Positions 1-7,525 of a DNA stretch of 53,371 bases are shown here, piece by piece. The stretch lies in NCBI GenBank assembly GCA_051117555.1, contig JBNPEG010000063.1:1-53371 (forward strand). The letters run 5' to 3'. The notes below the pieces were generated by a model that made no database searches, was not told the origin of the DNA, and worked only from the letters and a program-made list of their open reading frames with translations. A program made the position numbers and the translations under genes. The first letter of the stretch is position 1. Every line of letters starts with the position of its first letter. The stretch is from Elainellaceae cyanobacterium. GTDB taxonomy: Bacteria > Cyanobacteriota > Cyanobacteriia > CAZCXK01.

Positions 1-65
1 GCGTCTTTTTTGCGCTACAGCGATACTTTGTTCGCGGCATTTTAGCCGGATCGGTGAAGGGATAG
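1..65 (+). CDS. 3' end of carbohydrate ABC transporter permease (AglG/GgtD-like), partial
   Basis: Frame 3 reads VFFALQRYFVRGILAGSVKG* (TAG at 63-65), the typical C-terminus of CUT1 sugar permeases. Not in the ORF track. Confidence 0.85.
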   Translation, partial: VFFALQRYFVRGILAGSVKG

Positions 66-140
66 CGACTACGGAAACTTTGATGAAAGCGGATTAGCAA
101 GGTGTTACGGTATTTGGGGTAGATCCCTAAACAGGCGTTA

Positions 141-363
141 GAGGATGTTTGAAAAGGGTCTGGCGGTTATAGACGCTTGCGGCTTCTCGAAGAGTAAACC
201 GCGCCTACACAAATAAAGTCCGCCTACGCGGACTCTAGCAAAACCACGAGTTTAGAACCTGCGGAGGCAGGTTTTGTCCGTGTAGCCTGCGTTCGCGAAG
301 CGTCTCTGTCAAGAGAACTTTAGTCGCCAAGGCAACAAGGAACAAGACTTTTCAAACATCCTC
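141..363. mobile_element. 223-bp MITE with IS5/IS1031-like ends
   Basis: Perfect 16-bp TIR GAGGATGTTTGAAAAG (141-156) / CTTTTCAAACATCCTC (348-363), flanked by TTA on both sides (138-140, 364-366). No ORF. Internal inverted pair at about 203-233 and 257-288. Confidence 0.85.
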
Positions 364-366
364 TTA

Positions 367-652
367 AGTATAAATGCTCAATTTTATATTTTCAGCTATT
401 AGCGCTCTTGTCGGGCTTAAATCGCTCGTTTTTCCTTAAAAACGTGCCCATGCTTGATTTTCCGTAGGGGTCGGGCGATCGCTGAAACCCGCATTCTCTC
501 GTCGACCCCCACGGATCGCCTTCTGGAAGGAGGTTTCAGACGTTTTCCACAGGCTCTTATTGACAGAATTCTCAATTATTTTTTGAAAATATTGACCCCC
601 ACAGATTTAGGGGTTTAGAATGCAGGCAGGTCAAGGCTTCTAGAAGTCGGCC
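367..652 (+). promoter_or_regulatory. CRISPR leader
   Basis: Non-coding, with AT-rich tracts, directly 5' of repeat 1. Contains inverted motifs CCGTAGGGGTCG...CGACCCCCACGG and CTGAAACC...GGTTTCAG. Confidence 0.7.
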
Positions 653-1359
653 CTTCCCACTCGCTGGGAAACCAATTGAATGGAAACGAGGTGCAAGCGT
701 GCACACCTCCCTGTCTAGTAGTATTATCTTCCCACTCGCTGGGAAACCAATTGAATGGAAACCAGACTACGGTCAGTGTACCAGGACCAAGTTACCACTT
801 CCCACTCGCTGGGAAACCAATTGAATGGAAACGTAGCGGCCCAAATTTGGCCATCAAAAACGAAGAAAACTTCCCACTCGCTGGGAAACCAATTGAATGG
901 AAACTTCCTCCTCTGTGCTTTCACCAAAATCGCGATTTTGCTTCCCACTCGCTGGGAAACCAATTGAATGGAAACCCTATGGCTACACCTGCTGGTGACC
1001 GGCAAGCCTTCGTCTTCCCACTCGCTGGGAAACCAATTGAATGGAAACACCTTCAGGTATTGGACGACCTCACGCATCGAAAGCTCCATCTTCCCACTCG
1101 CTGGGAAACCAATTGAATGGAAACCACAATGAGTAGGTCACGATAGTCCACGCCTGAACTCTGGACTTCCCACTCGCTGGGAAACCAATTGAATGGAAAC
1201 TAGGATAATGGTGGAACCGGAAGCTTTTTACTTCCTCTCCATTTCCGATGCTTCCCACTCGCTGGGAAACCAATTGAATGGAAACGTTATTCTGGATAAT
1301 CAGTTTGGCAGCTTCAGCAACATTCTTCCCACTCGCTGGGAAACCAATTGAATGGAAAC
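653..1359 (+). CRISPR. CRISPR array, 10 repeats and 9 spacers, repeat CTTCCCACTCGCTGGGAAACCAATTGAATGGAAAC (type III-like)
   Basis: Identical 35-bp repeats start at 653, 728, 798, 870, 941, 1014, 1090, 1166, 1251 and 1325. Unique spacers are 40, 35, 37, 36, 38, 41, 41, 50 and 39 bp. Repeat hairpin TTCCCA/TGGGAA and 3' GAAAC end. Confidence 0.99.
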
Positions 1360-1469
1360 ACAATGAAAGACGAAGAACGGAGGGCGGAGAACGGAGAATA
1401 GAATGAGACACAAGCCAGGAACGGGCGATCGCCCCTTGTCTGTCCTTAGTTGTTTATTTCTAGTTCTTG

Positions 1470-1510
1470 GCCTTCCGTCTTCCGCCTTTTGCCTTCCGCC
1501 TTCTGCCTTT
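1470..1510. repeat. Degenerate short tandem repeat (GCCTTCC/GCCTTCT, STRR-like)
   Basis: gccttccgtcttccgccttttgccttccgccttctgccttt, just downstream of the ltaE stop. Confidence 0.6.
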
Positions 1511-2568
1511 CACCGAATCGCTTCTACAGTTTGCAGAGAGGCGATCGCTTCTTTAAATCGATTTGGTACGTCTATCACCTGCTCTCGCGTCACCATCAAA
1601 TTGGTCACCGCTCGATATGAATGCGCCCCGGTTGGCAATAGAGCGACGCCGAGTTTATTTAATCGCTCAACCATAGCATGAGCCGAAATCGTGGGCGATC
1701 GAAACATGATGATATTGGTTTCAACCTCACAGGGATTGATCTCAATCTCGTCGAGTTGGCTCAAGCCATGTGCTAAAAGCTTCGCGTTTTCGTGGTCGTC
1801 TGCTAATCTTTCTCGGTGATGATTGAGAGCATACAGGGCTCCCGCAGCAACGATGCCTACCTGTCGCATCGCACCGCCAAACATTTTACGAAACCGTCGA
1901 GCCCGTTTCATGTGAGCATGAGATCCAACTAGAGCAGACCCGATTGGCGCTCCTAAGCCTTTCGAAAAACAAACGCTGAGCGTGTCAAAAGGTTTTGCAT
2001 ACTCAGCTTCAGAAATTCCGGTGGCGACGCAGGCATTCCAAAACCGTGCCCCATCCAGGTGCAGCATGAGGTCGTGTTCTCGGCACAAATGGGCAATTTC
2101 CTGTACCGTTTCTATCGGGAAAAGCTTCCCCCCTCCCCGGTTATGCGTATTTTCTAAGCAAACCAGCTTCGTTTTGGGATAATGAACATCGTCAGAGCGC
2201 AATACCCGCCGGACATCTTCAGCCGTAAACACGCCGCGATCGCCCTTGATTAGCCGACACATCACCCCTGAGAGTGCAGCAGGCGCTCCCCCTTCGTAGT
2301 AATAGACATGAGCGTCTGCTTCCAGAATAATCTCGTCACCCGGTTCAGTATGAACCCGAAGGGCTACCTGATTCGTCATCGTGCCAGAGGGCATGAACAC
2401 CGCTTCCTCTTTGCCCAAGAGGTCTGCAACATAGGTTTCTAATGCGTTGAGGGTTGGGTCATCGCCAAATACGTCGTCGCCCACTGCGGCGTCTGCCATT
2501 GCCTGGCGCATGGCAGGGGTGGGTTGAGTTACGGTGTCACTTCGTAGATCGATCATAGATAGGTTCAT
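1510..2568 (-). CDS. ltaE: Low-specificity L-threonine aldolase
   Basis: IDLRSDTVT, PSGTMTN, LENTHNRGGG, HLDGAR and PLP-lysine motif SVCFSKGLGAP. Alternative start at 2556. Confidence 0.95.
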   Translation of the reverse strand: MNLSMIDLRSDTVTQPTPAMRQAMADAAVGDDVFGDDPTLNALETYVADLLGKEEAVFMPSGTMTNQVALRVHTEPGDEIILEADAHVYYYEGGAPAALSGVMCRLIKGDRGVFTAEDVRRVLRSDDVHYPKTKLVCLENTHNRGGGKLFPIETVQEIAHLCREHDLMLHLDGARFWNACVATGISEAEYAKPFDTLSVCFSKGLGAPIGSALVGSHAHMKRARRFRKMFGGAMRQVGIVAAGALYALNHHRERLADDHENAKLLAHGLSQLDEIEINPCEVETNIIMFRSPTISAHAMVERLNKLGVALLPTGAHSYRAVTNLMVTREQVIDVPNRFKEAIASLQTVEAIR

Positions 2569-2740
2569 CCTGATGTTGGCAATGCCTCTGATATGCTAGA
2601 CACGTTCATCAAACGATAGCAAAAATCGAGGTTCTGAGGTGATCATTGAGAACCAAGCAAATGAATACGTTCACGGACGAGCATTCGCCTCTCTTAGGGT
2701 TTCGTCAGCTAACTAGCTACTTCATTTGCGTGTAGATTTT

Positions 2741-4165
2741 ATGCTCTTCAATTCATTTATATTCGTTGGCTTTTTTATTGTTGTTTATAGTATTTACTTA
2801 CTGCTCAATAAACAGCACCGCGCGCAGAATGTCTTACTCCTAGTTGCAAGCTATCTTTTCTATGGCTATTGGGATGTTCGATTTCTACTTCTATTGCTCA
2901 CATCAACTGTCGTTGATTTTTTTGCAGCACAGCGCATTCAGGACTCGGAAAAAGAGGGCGATCGCACGCTGTTTCTGGTGCTATCAGTCAGCGTTAATCT
3001 CACCATTCTGGGTTTCTTTAAATACTTCAACTTTTTTGCAGAAAGCACGGCTGACCTGCTCAACCTAGTTGGGCTCAATGCAGACTACCCGACGCTAACC
3101 ATTATTCTTCCAGTCGGAATTTCCTTCTACACCTTTCAAACTCTCAGCTACACCATTGATGTTTATCGAAGACAGCTAGCTCCTGCCAGGAATCTGCTCG
3201 ACTTTGCCCTATTTGTTTCATTCTTTCCGCAACTGGTTGCCGGTCCTATTGAACGAGCTAAAAACCTGCTTCCTCAGATTCAATCCCCGCGAACTATTCG
3301 TCTCGATCAGGTGAATGCGGCCATTTTTTTGATTCTGTGGGGATATTTCAAAAAGATGGTGATTGCCGACAATGTGGGAGAAGTTGCAGAACATGCATTC
3401 GATGAATTCACTCAGTCTGAAGGGCTTGATATTCTCCTGAGCGCACTCGCCTTCACCATTCAGATTTATGGCGATTTTTCGGGATATTCCGACATTGCTC
3501 GCGGAATTTCAAAGCTCATGGGGTTTGAGCTAATGGTAAATTTTAGGTTGCCATACTTTGCACTGAATCCGAGCGACTTTTGGGCACGATGGCACATTTC
3601 ACTGTCAACGTGGCTGCGAGATTATCTCTACATTCCCCTGGGCGGCAATCGCCACGGTATCGTCAATACCTATCGCAATTTGTTTCTAACGATGCTGTTG
3701 GGGGGGCTATGGCACGGCGCCGCCTGGAATTTTGTGATTTGGGGGGGCTATCAGGGAATTATTTTAATTCTCTATCGACTATTCGATCGTGCCCCCGAGC
3801 ATTTGGCCCCTTGGAGTGGCAGATATTCTCCAGTGCGAATTCTAAGCAAAATGGCGCTGATGTTTGTGCTAACGGTTGCTGGCTGGATAATATTTCGCGC
3901 TGATTCTGCCTCTCAAATTCTCTACCTATTTAGTCATATCGGATTGAGTACCACTGACTATACGCCTGAACTTGCCTGGGATGTCATATTTTTCACGCTG
4001 CCTCTCATCGCAGTGCAAATCCATCAATATGTCACGCGCGACTTGCTCGCCATCACCCAACTCAAACCTTGGATTCGGATTCCAATCTATGGGGTATTGC
4101 TGATTTGGATTGTCATCTTCAGCAGTCGTGATGAACCAACCGAATTTATTTATTTCCAGTTTTAA
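2741..4165 (+). CDS. MBOAT family O-acyltransferase (AlgI-like)
   Basis: LPVGISFYTFQ, FFPQLVAGPIER, FWARWHISLSTWLRDYLYIPLGGNR and GLWHGA motifs; many TM segments. Confidence 0.95.
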   Translation: MLFNSFIFVGFFIVVYSIYLLLNKQHRAQNVLLLVASYLFYGYWDVRFLLLLLTSTVVDFFAAQRIQDSEKEGDRTLFLVLSVSVNLTILGFFKYFNFFAESTADLLNLVGLNADYPTLTIILPVGISFYTFQTLSYTIDVYRRQLAPARNLLDFALFVSFFPQLVAGPIERAKNLLPQIQSPRTIRLDQVNAAIFLILWGYFKKMVIADNVGEVAEHAFDEFTQSEGLDILLSALAFTIQIYGDFSGYSDIARGISKLMGFELMVNFRLPYFALNPSDFWARWHISLSTWLRDYLYIPLGGNRHGIVNTYRNLFLTMLLGGLWHGAAWNFVIWGGYQGIILILYRLFDRAPEHLAPWSGRYSPVRILSKMALMFVLTVAGWIIFRADSASQILYLFSHIGLSTTDYTPELAWDVIFFTLPLIAVQIHQYVTRDLLAITQLKPWIRIPIYGVLLIWIVIFSSRDEPTEFIYFQF

Positions 4166-4278
4166 TGCGGGCTTTTGACCCCTAAACGGGAACGTTATCG
4201 TTGATGGGGACATCATAAATAATTCAATGGCCGGGTTGGGGTTGGCTATCCAGCGATGGGCGATCGCCCTGCCGGTTT

Positions 4279-4367
4279 TATAGCGGTATGCTCCCGTGTT
4301 AGGACGTTGAACGTGTGTGAGCCCCCGGCAGAGGCTCACCACACAAACCTAAGCCCGTAGGGTTATA
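4279..4367 (+). mobile_element. ~90-bp MITE-like dispersed repeat, copy 1
   Basis: TATAGCGGTATG...CGTAGGGTTATA ends; aligns with 14199-14288 (reverse) and 43165-43264. Confidence 0.8.
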
Positions 4368-4395
4368 TAATCAGGTTCTGTTTGAACGCTTTTGA

Positions 4396-5163
4396 ATGAA
4401 TATAATACATAGGCTTGTCGATAAAGTGGTCTACCAAGCGTTCAAGCGATTGAACCACGGCGACAAAATTCTTACCGATCTGGACTTCAAGCTGTATCGC
4501 AAACGGTGGTGGGGCATTGTGCCGCAATCGGGCGATCGCCCAGTCTGTAAATTTTGGTGGAAAGAGAAAATTGAGGTGGTTCTAACGAGTATTGAGAAAA
4601 CAGAAGGAATCGGCGGCGATATCGTGGAGCTAGGCGCGTATAAAGGCGGTGGCACGCTACTGATTGCAGAGAAATTAAAACACCTGCGATCGCCCCGTCA
4701 GGTTTGGGCGCTAGATTCATTTCAGGGATACCCGGCTCCCACCGAATTTGATCGCATGGATGATGGCAAATTTCACTACGCCAAGGGGCATCATGGCGAT
4801 ACGTCAGCCCAGTTTGTTCAAAAAGTTCTCACGCTTTATGACGCCGACTCATACGTTAACATCCGTGAAGGCTTTTTTGAAGAGAGTGTGCCCGCTGTGT
4901 TTGTCGATGTCCGCCAGTTCTCTCTGATAATTTTGGATTGTAACCACTATGCCAGCACAAAATTTTGCTTAGAGTTTTTCTATGAGCGGCTTCAGCCCAA
5001 CGGTATCGCGATTATTGATGACTATCGTCGTCTTGACCAGCTCTATCATCCAGAGGCTCCGGGGGTGAAAAAAGCAGTTGACGAATTTCTAATGGATAAG
5101 CCAGAACAGTTACAGCATGGAGCCTATTCCATGTGGTATTTCATCAAGTCCTGTGTTACCTAA
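4396..5163 (+). CDS. TylF/MycF/NovP-family O-methyltransferase
   Basis: GDIVELGAYKGG, LDSFQG, GFFEES and GIAIIDDY motifs. Confidence 0.88.
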   Translation: MNIIHRLVDKVVYQAFKRLNHGDKILTDLDFKLYRKRWWGIVPQSGDRPVCKFWWKEKIEVVLTSIEKTEGIGGDIVELGAYKGGGTLLIAEKLKHLRSPRQVWALDSFQGYPAPTEFDRMDDGKFHYAKGHHGDTSAQFVQKVLTLYDADSYVNIREGFFEESVPAVFVDVRQFSLIILDCNHYASTKFCLEFFYERLQPNGIAIIDDYRRLDQLYHPEAPGVKKAVDEFLMDKPEQLQHGAYSMWYFIKSCVT

Positions 5164-5188
5164 GTCTAAATACCTTGGAGCGATCGCC

Positions 5189-5230
5189 CAGCCATTTCAA
5201 ACAGCCCTTTCAAACAGCCCTTTCAAACAG
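5189..5230. repeat. 13-bp tandem repeat (CAGCCCTTTCAAA) x3
   Basis: Units at 5189, 5202 and 5215; the first has one mismatch. Confidence 0.85.
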
Positions 5231-5291
5231 ATCTATCTCCCGTTGCTAACCATCGTTTTCTACCTTTTCTTAATATCTATCCTCATCCCCT

Positions 5292-6194
5292 ATGACGTTT
5301 AATCCTAAATCGACCCTGCGAAAGCTCCTGCGCCGCAAGCCTAAACCCAAGACTCGCCTACCTGAGACCCGCCCCAACTTGCTGATTCTGGTCTACGATT
5401 CCTGTCGCTATGATTCAGCCATCAAAGCTCATACTCCTGTATTAGACCGATATTCTTCAATCTATAAAGGCTACACTCCTGCTACCTATACCTATCCTGC
5501 TCACCAAAGTTTCTTTTGCGGCATCTTTCCTGCCGTTCCAGAACCCATCCCGTACTACAACCGTTTTGTTAAGCAGCTCATCGCCCTAGAGGGAGGGGGC
5601 GATGGCATTAAAACCAAAGACAGTTTTGTCGTAGAAAAAAGTGCCGAGAATATTATTGCCGGTTTGTCTCAGGCAGGATACTACACGGTCGGTTCGGCAG
5701 GGGCAAGCTGGTTTGCAAAGCCGTCTCTCCAGCTAGGATTTAATGATTTTCACTATACCCACCACGCTAGGGCGCTCGATCAAATTGATTTAATCACCCA
5801 CTCAATTCAAACGAAGGCATCCGATCAAAACTTTTTAGGGTTCATCAATTTCATGGAAACTCACGCTCCTTACATGCACTACGACGAGAGCGAATACAAT
5901 ATGACTGCTCGCAAAAAGATGACGTGGGCGCCTCAATATAATCCAGACCACGAAGAATACGCCCGCAAGCTACATACAGCCCAAATCCAAGCGGTCGAAT
6001 ATCTTGATTCCTGCCTGCCCAAGCTCTTTGATGCCCTCCCCTCCAACACAATTGTCATGCTGTTTGCCGATCACGGTGAGGCATTTGGTGAAGATGGATA
6101 CTGGGGCCACGGCATTTATCACGAAAAAGTAATGGAAATTCCTATTTCTATTTTCAGCCTCGATCCGTCTTCAGGGCTATTTCAAACAGCGTAA
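5292..6194 (+). CDS. Sulfatase-like hydrolase/transferase (alkaline phosphatase superfamily)
   Basis: PNLLILVYDSCRYD, ETHAPY and ADHGEAFGEDGYWGHG metal-binding motifs. Confidence 0.8.
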   Translation: MTFNPKSTLRKLLRRKPKPKTRLPETRPNLLILVYDSCRYDSAIKAHTPVLDRYSSIYKGYTPATYTYPAHQSFFCGIFPAVPEPIPYYNRFVKQLIALEGGGDGIKTKDSFVVEKSAENIIAGLSQAGYYTVGSAGASWFAKPSLQLGFNDFHYTHHARALDQIDLITHSIQTKASDQNFLGFINFMETHAPYMHYDESEYNMTARKKMTWAPQYNPDHEEYARKLHTAQIQAVEYLDSCLPKLFDALPSNTIVMLFADHGEAFGEDGYWGHGIYHEKVMEIPISIFSLDPSSGLFQTA

Positions 6195-6221
6195 ACGCTA
6201 GAAAAATACTTCGACCAAGCG

Positions 6222-7415
6222 TCAAGTTGGGATTGGGCGATGGACCTCATCCACGTAATTCAAGATAGTTTTGATGCGGTTTTCCCACGAAAATTGCTGG
6301 ACAAACGTTGGACCTTGAGGGTATCCACCCCGTTTCCTTGGATAGGTGTCTAGCACAGCTTGAAGACACTGAGAAAATTGCTCAGCACTATCCGGTTCAC
6401 ACCACCCCGCAATTGCGTCGGACGATTTAAATTCCTGTAGCGGTGGGATTTCAGTCGATACAATCGGAGTTCCAGACGCCATATAGTCGAAAAGTTTTAA
6501 TGGGGATGTAAAGGTTGCCGCCTCTCCAGAACAGTGAGGATGAGCCAGGGCATCAGCCGCTTGAAGTAAGCTAGACAGTTCATTCTGAGGCACAAATCCC
6601 AATAGCTTGACGTTGTTGATCTGTTTCTGATGGCATAGGCTTTGATAGGTTAATACCTGAGTGTGAGGTCCTCCAGCCAATGCAAACTGCACATGAGGCA
6701 TTTCCTTTGCGACATCAAGTAGCAGATTGATTCCCTTAAAGCGGTATAGCGCTCCTGAATAAACCACCAAATACTGGCGATCGCCAAGAAGCTTTTGCCG
6801 CCATTGTTGTGCATTGTCAAGATGTCGCATTAAAAACAGTTGGTTAAACCCGTTGTGCAGCTTAATGACTTTATCCGGCGGCATTCCATTCTGAATCATG
6901 CTGTCCCGGATCGTATCGGCAACCGTCACCGAAATTTGAAAGAGTGGATGCTGTACGATCTCTGGCTCAAATTTCTTGCGATCGTGGTGATGATGTTCAT
7001 AGATAGCTGGAATGCCATTTTGAATGGCTGCCTTCACAAAATTCCAATCGCGAGTATGAACAATTTGGGCAATAGGGCGGATGTGCAGCGGAAAATAATA
7101 CTTCGACACAATCGTGCTCGAATTCGCAAATTTGTTGCCACGAAGCCGATCGATGGGCCAAGGGGTCGCGAGAGACACGACCTTTAGATTTGATTGGAGA
7201 TTATAAAATTTGGCAAGTTTTGGAGAGGGCGATCGCAATCTGATTGGATAAATCCAGTTGATTGGATTCAACGCATTATGGCTTTTTTGTAAGTAAAACA
7301 GAACGGTAGAATATCCCAAATTAGAGGCGGCATTGGCAGAATTCGTGGCTTGAACCAGGTGTGCCTCCGGTTTGGGTAAAACATCTCGGATAAAAAAAAC
7401 GTAGTGTTTTACCAT
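6222..7415 (-). CDS. GT4 glycosyltransferase
   Basis: YSGALYRFKG and SPLKLFDYMASGTPIVST. ATG at 7415 preferred over TTG at 7433. Confidence 0.9.
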   Translation of the reverse strand: MVKHYVFFIRDVLPKPEAHLVQATNSANAASNLGYSTVLFYLQKSHNALNPINWIYPIRLRSPSPKLAKFYNLQSNLKVVSLATPWPIDRLRGNKFANSSTIVSKYYFPLHIRPIAQIVHTRDWNFVKAAIQNGIPAIYEHHHHDRKKFEPEIVQHPLFQISVTVADTIRDSMIQNGMPPDKVIKLHNGFNQLFLMRHLDNAQQWRQKLLGDRQYLVVYSGALYRFKGINLLLDVAKEMPHVQFALAGGPHTQVLTYQSLCHQKQINNVKLLGFVPQNELSSLLQAADALAHPHCSGEAATFTSPLKLFDYMASGTPIVSTEIPPLQEFKSSDAIAGWCEPDSAEQFSQCLQAVLDTYPRKRGGYPQGPTFVQQFSWENRIKTILNYVDEVHRPIPT

Positions 7416-7525
7416 AGAGAGTCGCTGAGACAAATATTAAATATAGACATAGGAGCTGATCAATTTGTTCGATCTAATTCTTCACGGCCTGCATGAAATT
7501 TGATCCATCAGTCTGCTTCCCAGCC

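Noticed and set aside
1..652. Possible cas gene upstream of the array
   Set aside because: The only coding remnant is a sugar permease C-terminus; the rest is MITE and leader.
676..1411. ORFs 676-1116, 724-1089, 755-967 and 1070-1411
   Set aside because: They are translations of the CRISPR repeats and spacers (recurring SHSLGNQLNGN / FPLAGKPIEWK).
5292..5360. Twin-arginine signal in the sulfatase-like protein (LLRRK)
   Set aside because: No hydrophobic h-region follows the basic stretch.
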